IMG/VR virus record: IMGVR_UViG_3300042898_006156
Location: 1-64,000 of that record
Length of the DNA stretch: 64,000 nt
Reading direction: 5' to 3' (one strand)
From: a virus
In this document: in pieces, positions 27,452 to 37,683 of the stretch
Numbering within the stretch: position 1 is the first letter of the stretch
Layout of the letters: each line of letters starts with the position of its first letter
Made by a program: the position numbers and the translations under genes
The notes under the pieces: generated by a model
The model's input: only the letters and a program-made list of their open reading frames with translations
Database searches by the model: none
What the model was told of the DNA's origin: nothing

Positions 27452-28486
27452 TTATTTATTTGATTTCTTTTTTCCAGCTAACTTTCTTAAAATCACCACT
27501 ATTTGCATAAGCTTATTGTATTTCAAGTTATCTTCAGGGGCAACATGAGAGTTTACCCAAGGGTATTGTTTCAATTCTTCTAATGCAAAAATTTCAGGGA
27601 ATTTTGCTGATGGGTTATTCACAAGATGTTTCGATACAATTTTGGCAGCACTTTTAACATCTTGGCTAACGCCTTGTAAAATTGTGCTAAATTCATTTTC
27701 TAAAGAATAATCATCTTTGCTTATTTGTTCAATTACAGAATTCTTTTCCCCTGTGCCAACTAAATAAGCATCAATAGCTGTACGTCCCAAACTCAATGCA
27801 CTTGAAGCTGCATATAAAGCAGTTCCAGTTGCAAACATAATTTGTCCATATACAGGAATAGCTGCAATAACAGGTAGTGTTAAGGCACCTGCAATTGTCA
27901 TTAATACAATTTCGATAAATTTGGATCTTTCTTCAGGATCATTCCAAATTTCATTAAATTTTCCATTATTAATTAAGTCAAAATATTTTGCTATCTCTTG
28001 CCTTGTTAAATACAAATTGATAAGAACACCTATAAAAGGTGCTATAGACATAAGTTTGCCTAATACTGGCACTTTAGTAGAAATTTGTTGAGCTGCTTTT
28101 TTAGTAGATTCTGCTGCAGCTGGATTATTTTTTAATAATGTTGATAATTCTTGAGCTTTTTTAGCAGCTTGAATTGCTTGTGGAGTTGAAAATGCAATGT
28201 CTGCTGCGTCTAATGAACCAAATATTGCATCCGTAGTAAGATCTTTTTGTTTGGTGGAAAGATTGGATTTTTCTAATTTAGTAACTGGATATTGGAGTGT
28301 TTTATAAAAAGCTTTCTCCGGGAATGATTGTTCTCTGATCCAAGCCGGTTGTTTATTGTAATTATAATTTACTTGAGACAACCTTGTATTAACTAAATTT
28401 TCATAAAAATCTGCTTGTTCGTAAAATCCATACGAGTCACAAAGTTTAGCGTATGACAAACAAGCAGATGAGGAAATTTTTAACAT
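27452..28486 (-). CDS. hydrophobic-helix protein with divergent N-terminal shared module
   Basis: LSYAKLCDSYGFYEQADFYE; several Ala-rich hydrophobic helices. Confidence 0.75.
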   Translation of the reverse strand: MLKISSSACLSYAKLCDSYGFYEQADFYENLVNTRLSQVNYNYNKQPAWIREQSFPEKAFYKTLQYPVTKLEKSNLSTKQKDLTTDAIFGSLDAADIAFSTPQAIQAAKKAQELSTLLKNNPAAAESTKKAAQQISTKVPVLGKLMSIAPFIGVLINLYLTRQEIAKYFDLINNGKFNEIWNDPEERSKFIEIVLMTIAGALTLPVIAAIPVYGQIMFATGTALYAASSALSLGRTAIDAYLVGTGEKNSVIEQISKDDYSLENEFSTILQGVSQDVKSAAKIVSKHLVNNPSAKFPEIFALEELKQYPWVNSHVAPEDNLKYNKLMQIVVILRKLAGKKKSNK

Positions 28487-28533
28487 AATTAATTAATTTA
28501 TAATTTTCTAATTTATAACCTTTTACAAATTAT

Positions 28534-28623
28534 TTATCTTGTCGCTATTAGAATTATCAAGTATCCTATGACGCTGTATCCTATAACAAATAAAGCATCA
28601 CGTTTTCTGTCTCTATCGTTCAT
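28534..28623 (-). CDS. 29-aa single-TM peptide
   Basis: MNDRDRKRDALFVIGYSVIGYLIILIATR; GGAGG SD. Confidence 0.5.
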   Translation of the reverse strand: MNDRDRKRDALFVIGYSVIGYLIILIATR

Positions 28624-28716
28624 ACTTTCCCTCCAGATTAATCTTTTATTTCATTGTTAATAAAAGATAAGTGATGAAACCGATTACAATAAAAACAAAC
28701 AGTCTACGAGCTTTGT

Positions 28717-28911
28717 TCAACTTCTTTTTTCTAATTCATTATTGCAGACATCTATAAGTCTTTTGATTGATTCTTTTGGAAGTTGTTTAACAAGATCTTC
28801 CATACTTTTGCTTTCCCAATCCCCGACAATTTTGTTTGCGAAAGGAAGTTTGTTGATATTAACTTCTGGAATGCCTACAGTTTTCTTCAATAATTTTGAA
28901 AAGATTGACAT
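28717..28911 (-). CDS. hypothetical protein
   Basis: 64 aa; AAGGAG SD. Confidence 0.7.
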   Translation of the reverse strand: MSIFSKLLKKTVGIPEVNINKLPFANKIVGDWESKSMEDLVKQLPKESIKRLIDVCNNELEKRS

Positions 28912-29021
28912 AATTTTTTCTCCTTTTTTGTATTGTGATTTAAAATTTGTATCACATTAATATATTCTGTTATATTGTGGTGTTTGCTTCTGTGTGATAT
29001 TAAGAATTTGAGGTGTGAAAA

Positions 29022-29651
29022 ATGTTTGCTAAATCTTGGAAACATATATTAGTTTGTGAGAGTAATATGATTGATCCGCAGCCAGGTTATATGGGTAATT
29101 ATCCTGGTTGCCATATGTATGATAATCATCTTAAAGCTCTCAATTTTGCTTTGTCTGATGGTTGGGAATTAAGTAAGAATACCCCATTAGACATTCATAG
29201 GTTTCTTACTCGTGGTATTCCTTATTTTGAAGAGAGGAATAGTTCTGGTCAATATCGTCTTGTGGATGTATGGATTGGGCACGAATTATGTCCAAATTCC
29301 TTACTAATACCTTCTCTTATGGAGCGTTGGTATCAGTTTGCCACAGACATAATGAAAGAGGTTGAAAGTAGTTCAATTAATCCTCTTGACGCTGCTTTGT
29401 ACATTCATCATTTCTTTCAAGTGGTGCATCCTTTTATTGATGGAAATGGTCGTACTGGTAGATTGTTGATGCAGAAAATTCTTAATGATTTGGGAGAAGA
29501 TCCTGTCATCATTAGTTTTGATGCTCGTTCAGAATATTATGAATCAATTCAATATTTCCGTGATAGTTATTGGGCAGATAATTCTTTAGATTATGATAAG
29601 ATATTGTCAGATTTGAAGATGGGAAATTTACTTAATGACTTTCAATTGTGA
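29022..29651 (+). CDS. Fic-domain protein (putative AMP-transferase)
   Basis: Canonical HPFIDGNGRTGR; GQYR upstream. Confidence 0.9.
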   Translation: MFAKSWKHILVCESNMIDPQPGYMGNYPGCHMYDNHLKALNFALSDGWELSKNTPLDIHRFLTRGIPYFEERNSSGQYRLVDVWIGHELCPNSLLIPSLMERWYQFATDIMKEVESSSINPLDAALYIHHFFQVVHPFIDGNGRTGRLLMQKILNDLGEDPVIISFDARSEYYESIQYFRDSYWADNSLDYDKILSDLKMGNLLNDFQL

Positions 29652-30192
29652 TCAGATTGTAATATTTGATCTTGAGGCTACTTGTTGGGAAGGGCGAGAA
29701 CATTTTCATAAGTATCGTGAAGTTATCGCCCTTGGAGCTTGTATTTTAGATTTGAAAACTTTAACAATTAGCAACAAATTTAATGTTGTTTGTAAGCCTA
29801 TAAGAAGTGAAATTTCTGAATACTGCACAAAAATCACTGGCATTACTAAAGAACAAGCTGAAAATGGCGAAGACTTTGGTGAGATGTGCAAGATGGTGAT
29901 GAAAGAATTAAACACAAAATCTATACCTTGTGCAGCTTGGGGTAATGATGATGAGAAGATGTATTCTGAATGTCGAGAAAAGCAGTGCAGATATCCTTTC
30001 TCTAATGAGTATTTAAATATATCTTTGCTTTACAGTTTGGTGATGGGAAAGCCTTACAATAATGGGCTGGAACGATCTCTTGCTGAATTGGGAATAAAGT
30101 TTGTTGGCGAAAAGCACGATCCTTTTTGGGATGCTTATAATGCTGCAATCGTCTTAAAGCATATTGTGGAGAAATGTCGTGAAGCTGTTTAG
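29635..30192 (+). CDS. DEDDh 3'-5' exonuclease (ERI-1/KapD-like)
   Basis: IFDLEATCW, CTKITGIT, WGNDD, HDPFWDAYN. Confidence 0.88.
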   Translation: MTFNCDQIVIFDLEATCWEGREHFHKYREVIALGACILDLKTLTISNKFNVVCKPIRSEISEYCTKITGITKEQAENGEDFGEMCKMVMKELNTKSIPCAAWGNDDEKMYSECREKQCRYPFSNEYLNISLLYSLVMGKPYNNGLERSLAELGIKFVGEKHDPFWDAYNAAIVLKHIVEKCREAV

Positions 30193-30412
30193 TCAAATCA
30201 CCCGCCCATTAATTTCGCTTAATTTAAAAGTTAGATATAAAAGATGGCCTGAAGCTTATTACATTTACAGGGATGAAGAAAAACTTATGGACAGTTTAGG
30301 AAATCTGTTTTATTATTCCTGGGAAGATTTTATTAGGCTACATCAACACGTCTTAAATAATGCTGGGCCTGTTTGGGAAATTTATGAAGAAGTGGAATTC
30401 GACAATCTATAA
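30179..30412 (+). CDS. hypothetical protein, possible divergent DUF2829/Tad2-like
   Basis: KVRYKRW and terminal WEIYEE; GTG start inferred. Confidence 0.5.
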   Translation: MKLFSQITRPLISLNLKVRYKRWPEAYYIYRDEEKLMDSLGNLFYYSWEDFIRLHQHVLNNAGPVWEIYEEVEFDNL

Positions 30413-30484
30413 GTAGAGGTGTCTTAAAAACAGAATAAAACAATAGCTCTCGTTCTAAAAAATAAACCTGGGGAGGGATTTTAA

Positions 30485-33184
30485 ATGAAGAAAGCTATTG
30501 TTTTATCGTGTGTTTTATACATAATTATTTCGTGTGCGTGGGCTCAAAAACCGCCACAAGTGAAAAATTTTTCATCACAAGTAGAATTATGCTATTGCGT
30601 GGGGACACCTAGCAATTATCACGTCAAAATGCGTTGGGATTTGATACCCAAATGTACTCGCTATTTTGTATATAGAGTTGGCCAAGGTTTAAAGCCTGAT
30701 TACAATAAACCTTATGCTAAACTTACAAATAATGAAAATATTTTCATTGATAGAAATGTCAAGTATCAGCAAAAATGGGACTATTATGTTTGCGGTGTAG
30801 TGCCTAGTGGATACTTACAATTTTCAAATAAATCTACTGCAATCATTCCATTATTAGATCTTAAGAATCCCGAAGCTCCCACAAACTTAAGATCATTTGG
30901 TTTATGGAATAATGGTGCTTACGATCAATTGGTTTGGGATGCTAATTCTGATGCTGTATCTTACAATATTTATAGATATAGTCAAAAAATTGGTTCTTCT
31001 AATACTAACTCATTTACTGTCAGTCAACTTATATTTGGTGAAGGCTGGACATATACAGTTACAGCAGTTGATAAAAATGGATTAGAATCCTTTCCATCTG
31101 CTTTGAGTTTAGCTAGAGGTGAGTTTGCTCCAAATTATAATTTTGGATGGACCACTAGACCACCATCAACTCCTGGAAAATATGTTTCTGTGGCTGAATG
31201 GAATAATGCGAAACCAAGAAATTTCATTAAGTGGCAAGATCAACAAGTATATGGTCAAGATGCTCCTGGTGCATATAACATTTATAGAGATGGAAAACTA
31301 ATTGCATCTAATTTATGGTCTCAATATTATATAGACAAAGATGTAATGTCTGGCAAAACTTACAGATATGTTGTTGCTTCTTTAAATAAGAATCATTTTA
31401 CAACACAAGAAACATTTGGTCCGGCAACAGATATCACTACAAGATTTGGTCCTCCAGATCCATTATCAACTCCTGTAAATATTACTGGATTTACTTCAAA
31501 TGATGACAGTGTTGTTGTAAAATTTGATTTAGTTCCTGGTGCTGTTGACTACAAAGTTTATGTAGAAAACAATCCAAATACAGTCAAATATTCTTCTGGC
31601 TACAATATGGTCGAGATGAATGGTTTAGTAAGTAATCAATCATATAATCTTATTGTCGAAGCCTTAGATAAGTTTGGGCCATATCAACAAATTGATGGTG
31701 TCATAGGCCCTGGTGCTAGTGGTCCAAGTGGTGAAGTTCATGCTGGCATTAATGGACACGGCGATCCATCTAATAACCCGATAGTGCTTACAAAATCAGC
31801 GCCATATAAAGTAACCACTATACAAAAAACTCTAAATGGTGAGCAAGTTTTCTTTGACAATTTTAGAAACTTCCAACCAATTGTTCAAATGCCACAAAAA
31901 ATGGATGTTGTTGCTCAAAGATTTGGACCTAATTGGCAATATTGGAATAAAAGTGATGTCATTTTAAGATGGTATGAAAATGATAAATGGTCATTCTTTT
32001 TAGATGATCTTGACACATCTGCTTCAACTGTCTTTTTGATGGGTTCTCACTTTATGGACACTATTTATGATGGTGGAACTTTAGGTCAGTCTTCTACACC
32101 TTCTCACGTTAGTAATGGTGTAATGTTGATGAGCCCAAAGAAAACTGCAAATATAGCTGGAGACAAAGTTCTTCACTTAACATTTGAAGTTGACCCGCAC
32201 TTTTCAGGAAGAAGATGGTGTGACATCCTTTTATTACCTGCGGGAGAAGTTGTATATTCCGGAAAAGCAGCAGACAAAATTGAACAGAATACAAAATCTG
32301 GCAAATTATTTAGATGGGCAATTAATGCTGGTGGACACACTATGAATGTGGACACTGGATATAATCTTGATGGTTCTAGAAAATCTTATAATATTCCAGT
32401 AAAGTATTCGGGCAGAGACCATATGCCTTGGAATTTACCGGCACCTTATAGAAAAGTAAATGATCTTACTGAATATAAAGTTGGAACATTCAAAGTTAAT
32501 TCTATAACTGAAACATCTAGCGAAGTAGATATTAAGTGGACTGCTAATTTCAATGATAATGGTAAGTTTCCAGCCTTTACTATGAATACTGGAGCTAGAC
32601 CAAAATCTGGATGGATTAGATTTTCTGACTTTGGTGGCGCAGATGAATATGTACTTACTTCTGAAACATTAAAAGTTTTAGATAATATTAATTTTGATCC
32701 CGACTATTGGTGGATTAGTCAAGATTCAAAAAATAAATTAACAAAGCTAATGGATGCTTATTGTACTTCTCGTTCTGGTGCAATAATCTATAAGGCTACA
32801 AAAAATCCAACTACAGGATTATTTGAGGGTGATATTTTCTTCAGACCTAGTGTTGAAAGACAAAAAGAGCCATTGAATAGAACTTGGCAAGGATTGGATA
32901 GAAGAGCACAGTTTGATTTATATATATCTAAAAATAGAGTGGTGGCAATTGAAGATGGTTATTTAGTAGCTGATTCTCCGTTACCAGTTGATTTCCCATT
33001 TGAAGATATAAATGTCAATTTTACTCACTTGATTTATCATACTTGGAATGAAATTGGTGAAATCAGAACTTGGTTGCCAGACAATGCATACTGGATAAAC
33101 TTCAGACCTTTTGCTGATGAAAGGCATTGGGACAATATGGGATTTGAAGTACTTACAAGTTTTCCTAATGTAAAATTATTGTAG
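30485..33184 (+). CDS. secreted fibronectin type III repeat protein
   Basis: Signal peptide AWA-Q; APTNL..W....SYNIYR..YTVTAVD.GLES FN3 pattern repeated; large unassigned C-terminal domain. Confidence 0.8.
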   Translation: MKKAIVLSCVLYIIISCAWAQKPPQVKNFSSQVELCYCVGTPSNYHVKMRWDLIPKCTRYFVYRVGQGLKPDYNKPYAKLTNNENIFIDRNVKYQQKWDYYVCGVVPSGYLQFSNKSTAIIPLLDLKNPEAPTNLRSFGLWNNGAYDQLVWDANSDAVSYNIYRYSQKIGSSNTNSFTVSQLIFGEGWTYTVTAVDKNGLESFPSALSLARGEFAPNYNFGWTTRPPSTPGKYVSVAEWNNAKPRNFIKWQDQQVYGQDAPGAYNIYRDGKLIASNLWSQYYIDKDVMSGKTYRYVVASLNKNHFTTQETFGPATDITTRFGPPDPLSTPVNITGFTSNDDSVVVKFDLVPGAVDYKVYVENNPNTVKYSSGYNMVEMNGLVSNQSYNLIVEALDKFGPYQQIDGVIGPGASGPSGEVHAGINGHGDPSNNPIVLTKSAPYKVTTIQKTLNGEQVFFDNFRNFQPIVQMPQKMDVVAQRFGPNWQYWNKSDVILRWYENDKWSFFLDDLDTSASTVFLMGSHFMDTIYDGGTLGQSSTPSHVSNGVMLMSPKKTANIAGDKVLHLTFEVDPHFSGRRWCDILLLPAGEVVYSGKAADKIEQNTKSGKLFRWAINAGGHTMNVDTGYNLDGSRKSYNIPVKYSGRDHMPWNLPAPYRKVNDLTEYKVGTFKVNSITETSSEVDIKWTANFNDNGKFPAFTMNTGARPKSGWIRFSDFGGADEYVLTSETLKVLDNINFDPDYWWISQDSKNKLTKLMDAYCTSRSGAIIYKATKNPTTGLFEGDIFFRPSVERQKEPLNRTWQGLDRRAQFDLYISKNRVVAIEDGYLVADSPLPVDFPFEDINVNFTHLIYHTWNEIGEIRTWLPDNAYWINFRPFADERHWDNMGFEVLTSFPNVKLL

Positions 33185-33244
33185 TTATCAATCTTTTTGA
33201 AAATGAACTTGTAAGGATTACTTACAAGTTCATTTTTTGTTTAA

Positions 33245-35590
33245 TTAGACAGGTTTAATATATTCAATAAACTTAGCTAAATAAGCAGACAATTTTGCTA
33301 CAGTTGGTGCTTTGAGCATAATTCTATAGTCATTCAAAGCCTTATTATATAATTCAGCTCTAAACTTAGCTATTTCTTTGCCTGACAACGCTGACACTTC
33401 ACTCACATCTGTATATTTAGCATCAATTTCAGCAATATCAACAAGCTCTAAATTACCTACCGCAGATTCGAAAAATTGTTTCGTTTCTTGATCTTGAAGA
33501 GCGTCATAGCTATCCAAAGAAGTTTTAACATACAATTTAAAATCTTCATTTAAGGAGGTAAATCCTTCAACAAGCTTAACGCTCAGTAAATCATCAACTT
33601 CTAATTTTGTATAGGTGTCAACGAGTTTTGGAACAGGTTGTGGTGCAGGGGCTGGTTGAGGTTGAGGCGTTGGTTGTGGAGTTGGTTGAACGACATTACC
33701 ATCACCAATAAAATTACCACTGTCCCAAGTTTGTAAATCCTTTGCTTGCATTTGGCCTGTAGCGGTTAATTTAACATTTGCTAGATTACCATCTTCAACC
33801 ATTGGACAAGCATCTTCTCCCATTCTTGTCCAGGCCCAAGAGGCAAATGCTATAAGGTTTGGATATAATTTTGAAAGCTTTTGCATTTCTATGTTAATGG
33901 ATTTTTGCCATTCAACATCTCCACATCCATATTCTTCAACAATTACTGCTACGCCCTTATCCAAAAGAGGCTTAAGATTTGGAATTACATCAGCAGCATT
34001 GTTGTATGCATGATAAGCATATGCATCAACTAAAACAGGATCAATTAAGTCATTTGCTTCTGGTGTTGTATTTTCTTTTGACCACTTTGAAGTTGGACAG
34101 ATAATAAATGCATCTACATCAATAGATCTATAGATTGCTGAAGCTTTTTCAAGAATAGGCTTACACAAACTCCAGTCACCAATATCGTTAGGCTCATTTG
34201 TAATACTGACCCAGACTGGCATTCCCTTCCAATTGTTTGCCATAAGTTCAACAAGTTTATAGAAAGCTTCAGACTTTTCATACAAATCGTTGCCTGTTGG
34301 AATATGTTGAGGTCCTGCAATTACATGGCATCCAGCAGTAAGCATTTTACCAATAGTGTCTTGGATTCTATTTCTATAAATGTGATCAGAAATATATTTA
34401 TCTGGATTGAACAAAAGTCTTAAGAACTTATGTCCAAGATACTTCAATGAACCAAAATATCCAATTCTATTATAATCAGGTGATTCTGACCATAAATATT
34501 GGTTGCCATAATTGCCACCTCTAATAGCTGTAATTGCACTAGCTCCAGTTGTGCCTTCATAAATATTGTATGGCGTACCATCAAGCTTTACTAACTTTCC
34601 ATCAACAACTCTAAGTCTTGGTGGCAATTTAGATTCTGGGCATTTAGTGACCCAGGAGTCTCCGCCAACTTGAACGTTGATACCTGGCCAAATCCAGTTT
34701 TGCAGTTTCCAGTTATAATCAAATAATCCAAACTGTAGATTATGAATACCACCTTCTTTTGGATAATCAAAGACTATTTCGCCTTCTGAATACCAATATG
34801 GGTCAGGTCCATCAGCTACCTTTGTTGCACCATCTGGAAGAACATTTGCTCCATCTCTTCTAGCATATGCAATCCAAGGTTGTTGAAACATTGAAGCACC
34901 TTTAGCTAATAAGAACCAACCACCCCAAGTAGTAAATGTCTTAGCTGGCATCTTGATAATATATGGAATGTGTAATTTACCATCAGGAGCCGGATCTTGA
35001 ATTTTATTAGATAAAATTTCTACAAATGGAGTCTTGACTCTCTTTTGCTTAGTAGTAATCTCAAATGAAACATTTTCAGCCATTTGATCTGCAAGCACTG
35101 CCCAATGGTAAGTAAAGAAAATAAATCTAAAACTGTCATATTTTCCAACATCAAATGTGCTTATATCAAAGTTGAAAGTTTGAGTTTCTCCAGAGAATAA
35201 ACTAAATTTGAAATATTTTTTAGCTGCATCATCATTAGGAACCCAGTTAATCCATTGTTCAGTAGTTTGTCCAGTTGTTGGATTTGTGTAAGTTCTTCTC
35301 ATCCAAACTTGGCATAAATCTGCATCAATTGGAGCTGATGGATTTGTAGTTCTGATCTTTAAATTTACATCTCCAAGATCTACAGTTGGAATCAATTCAA
35401 GTTTTTCAAAAAATGATGCAAATGAAGATACTTGAAAATCTTCGAATTTGCTCTTATTTACTTTGTCAATTAGGTTGAAATCTTGTTGCAATTCTTGTGT
35501 TGGCTTGAAAAAAATTTCACCAATTTCTCTGCCTTTGTCTTTTACCTGGTCAAAATCAGTAGGTAGTTTCTTGTTAAAAAAATTAAACAT
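33245..35590 (-). CDS. multi-domain protein with GH5-like (clan GH-A) glycoside hydrolase domain
   Basis: ITNEPND acid/base, YHAY, VIVEEYG nucleophile, WAW; PQPTP linker; AGGAG SD before ATG 35590. Confidence 0.75.
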   Translation of the reverse strand: MFNFFNKKLPTDFDQVKDKGREIGEIFFKPTQELQQDFNLIDKVNKSKFEDFQVSSFASFFEKLELIPTVDLGDVNLKIRTTNPSAPIDADLCQVWMRRTYTNPTTGQTTEQWINWVPNDDAAKKYFKFSLFSGETQTFNFDISTFDVGKYDSFRFIFFTYHWAVLADQMAENVSFEITTKQKRVKTPFVEILSNKIQDPAPDGKLHIPYIIKMPAKTFTTWGGWFLLAKGASMFQQPWIAYARRDGANVLPDGATKVADGPDPYWYSEGEIVFDYPKEGGIHNLQFGLFDYNWKLQNWIWPGINVQVGGDSWVTKCPESKLPPRLRVVDGKLVKLDGTPYNIYEGTTGASAITAIRGGNYGNQYLWSESPDYNRIGYFGSLKYLGHKFLRLLFNPDKYISDHIYRNRIQDTIGKMLTAGCHVIAGPQHIPTGNDLYEKSEAFYKLVELMANNWKGMPVWVSITNEPNDIGDWSLCKPILEKASAIYRSIDVDAFIICPTSKWSKENTTPEANDLIDPVLVDAYAYHAYNNAADVIPNLKPLLDKGVAVIVEEYGCGDVEWQKSINIEMQKLSKLYPNLIAFASWAWTRMGEDACPMVEDGNLANVKLTATGQMQAKDLQTWDSGNFIGDGNVVQPTPQPTPQPQPAPAPQPVPKLVDTYTKLEVDDLLSVKLVEGFTSLNEDFKLYVKTSLDSYDALQDQETKQFFESAVGNLELVDIAEIDAKYTDVSEVSALSGKEIAKFRAELYNKALNDYRIMLKAPTVAKLSAYLAKFIEYIKPV

Positions 35591-35675
35591 ATACACTCCT
35601 TTAAGCCGTAAAGCTATGTGTTATATTATTGTTGTAAATGTTTTTCAATTTAATTATTTATGGTATGATATTAAA

Positions 35676-35921
35676 ATGGAAACAACTATAATCAATTGTG
35701 ACTGTATGTGTCATTCTTTACATGTACGTCCGGATGTAGAATTAAAAACTGTAGATATTTCACTTTGGAATTATGGTTTTAATGATGGTAAGTTGAATTG
35801 GAAAAAAAGATTGAAAATTCTTTTTGATGGTTTTGCTTACTCTGATTTAGTTGTTTTAGATAAAGAAGAACTTGATAAATTAATTGCTGTATTGGAGGAA
35901 GCTCGTGGAAAACTTACCTAA
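35676..35921 (+). CDS. hypothetical protein
   Basis: Start moved to ATG 35676 (TATGAT-N6); CDCMCH motif. Confidence 0.7.
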   Translation: METTIINCDCMCHSLHVRPDVELKTVDISLWNYGFNDGKLNWKKRLKILFDGFAYSDLVVLDKEELDKLIAVLEEARGKLT

Positions 35922-36756
35922 AAATCAAAAAGAGTATTATCATAACAAAGTTCGTGAGTTTGAGAAGCGCACAGGAAAAAGTATGAACGTCAAAGGTGTA
36001 AGTAAAATTTACGATTACAATATTGAGAATTGTGAATATAATACTCCAGCCGCTATGGATATGATGCAAAAACATGGATGCTATATTTATCACGGTTTAT
36101 TAGCAGAAGAAGATCCTCGTTCTAATGGTACAAACTGGCAAATGTATGGTTTTGCTCATGTAAATGGTAAGACATACAAATATTATTATGAAACGAAACA
36201 GTGGGGTGCAGAAGTTAAAGATTTTACACATCACCAAAATAAAGACAAAACTTGGAAAGCAGCAAAGTTAGATAAGACTAATTTCCCATATACTTTAGAT
36301 CCAGGTGAAGATTATTTACCTTATGCAATTGAGAACAAGCATATTGGTTCTAATTTTGATGATTTCTTGAAGACAAATAATATTGAACTTAAGAGAGATA
36401 TAAACTGGGCTGTAAAAATGCTCAATGCTGGAAAGATGATGTCTAGAGAAGGTAATCCTAGTCTTACTCTATTTCCAAAAAAATATGACCACGCTGAATC
36501 TACAATAACAACCGCAGACCTTTTTGCTGAGGATTGGGTGGTTGTTCCTACTAAATTATTCAAAGATGTTTTGGATGATTTAAATTCTGGAAAAACAATC
36601 AGACGTAAAAGCTGGCATCCTGATTGGGGTGTTGGTAAATATTCTAGATATGGTAAAATTATTTATCTAGATTTAATTGCTGATGATTGGGAAGTTGTTG
36701 ATGTCGTAGCTGAAGTGGATAAAAATCAACAGGATATCAAAGATGGAAAATATTAA
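35905..36756 (+). CDS. fusion protein with two C-terminal DUF2829/Tad2-like units
   Basis: AVKMLNAGKMMSREG...DLFAEDW and VLDDLNSGKTIRRKSW...DLIADDW; GGAGG SD before GTG 35905. Confidence 0.7.
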   Translation: MENLPKNQKEYYHNKVREFEKRTGKSMNVKGVSKIYDYNIENCEYNTPAAMDMMQKHGCYIYHGLLAEEDPRSNGTNWQMYGFAHVNGKTYKYYYETKQWGAEVKDFTHHQNKDKTWKAAKLDKTNFPYTLDPGEDYLPYAIENKHIGSNFDDFLKTNNIELKRDINWAVKMLNAGKMMSREGNPSLTLFPKKYDHAESTITTADLFAEDWVVVPTKLFKDVLDDLNSGKTIRRKSWHPDWGVGKYSRYGKIIYLDLIADDWEVVDVVAEVDKNQQDIKDGKY

Positions 36757-36943
36757 GATTGTAATTCTTTCCATTGTTTTCTTATTTGCTCTTATGAGTT
36801 GGGTTTACTTTCTCGTAGGAGCTTACAAGACAGTGATTGTTAGAGATCGATCTTTTTTACAATTTACTTCCTCTCTTCTTATTATTAGTGGAATGTTAAG
36901 TACTTTGTTTTTCTTATTATTGCGAGTGTTAAATGGAAGCTGA
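36743..36943 (+). CDS. small 2-TM membrane protein
   Basis: Hydrophobic, overlapping operon gene. Confidence 0.65.
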   Translation: MENIKIVILSIVFLFALMSWVYFLVGAYKTVIVRDRSFLQFTSSLLIISGMLSTLFFLLLRVLNGS

Positions 36944-37202
36944 TCCAAAGATATTAAGTGAACAATATATAAGAGGGCGTATTTATAGTTTTGTTAAATT
37001 CAGGAAATATTTACAAGAAATTGCCTATATTTTTTGTGAAGAATTTCAATACGACAAAGATGATATTATCGAAGTAAGTCTTTCTGATGATGGTAAGACA
37101 GTTTGGATTCATTTTGATTCTGGTACTATTGGTTTTGCATCTGAGTTGTTGTGGGATCAACATATAAGAGAAACTTTCAAGAAAAACTTTGAGGTTGATT
37201 GA
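36933..37202 (+). CDS. hypothetical protein
   Basis: 89 aa in overlapping operon. Confidence 0.7.
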   Translation: MEADPKILSEQYIRGRIYSFVKFRKYLQEIAYIFCEEFQYDKDDIIEVSLSDDGKTVWIHFDSGTIGFASELLWDQHIRETFKKNFEVD

Positions 37203-37417
37203 TGCTACCTGTACCAACACAAGTTATTGAAATTTTGAGTTCTGGTCATATTTTATGTATTAAAGATGAGAAGAATACCACATATTGGAGATTTCAGGAT
37301 AACAAGCTTCAGAATAAAGTTAAGCATAAATCTGGTGAGACTGACTGGATGGATATAAAATTTCTCATATTACCTATGGAAGCAAAATACACTTTCAAGA
37401 AAGTTGCTGAAGAATGA
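37199..37417 (+). CDS. hypothetical protein, paralogue of 38745-38975
   Basis: Shared L..G....YWR...L..K....DW....L.LP pattern. Confidence 0.7.
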   Translation: MMLPVPTQVIEILSSGHILCIKDEKNTTYWRFQDNKLQNKVKHKSGETDWMDIKFLILPMEAKYTFKKVAEE

Positions 37418-37683
37418 CAGGCAAAGAAGCAATAAAATATCTACACGCTGGCTACACTCTTAGGCGAAAAGAATGGGAACCTCATAAAAAATGTAAGGCT
37501 TATTTTAGTGATGATATGTGGACTGTTAAGATTGATATCAATGATCCAATTTTAGGAGCTTTAGACACTCATTTAGTTCCACAATGGGTTCCTGAAAAGC
37601 CTGAGTTTTCCAATTATATATGCTACTATGATATTATTGATAGTGGCGATTTATTAGAAGATGACTGGGAAATAGTGGAATGA
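37414..37683 (+). CDS. DUF2829/Tad2-like protein
   Basis: EAIKYLHAGYTLRRKEW...DLLEDDWEIVE. Confidence 0.7.
   Translation: MTGKEAIKYLHAGYTLRRKEWEPHKKCKAYFSDDMWTVKIDINDPILGALDTHLVPQWVPEKPEFSNYICYYDIIDSGDLLEDDWEIVE

Noticed and set aside
33640-33690. Short tandem nucleotide repeats here and at about 44800-44880
   Set aside because: They encode Pro-rich linkers (PQPTP, PVKP) and need no separate explanation.
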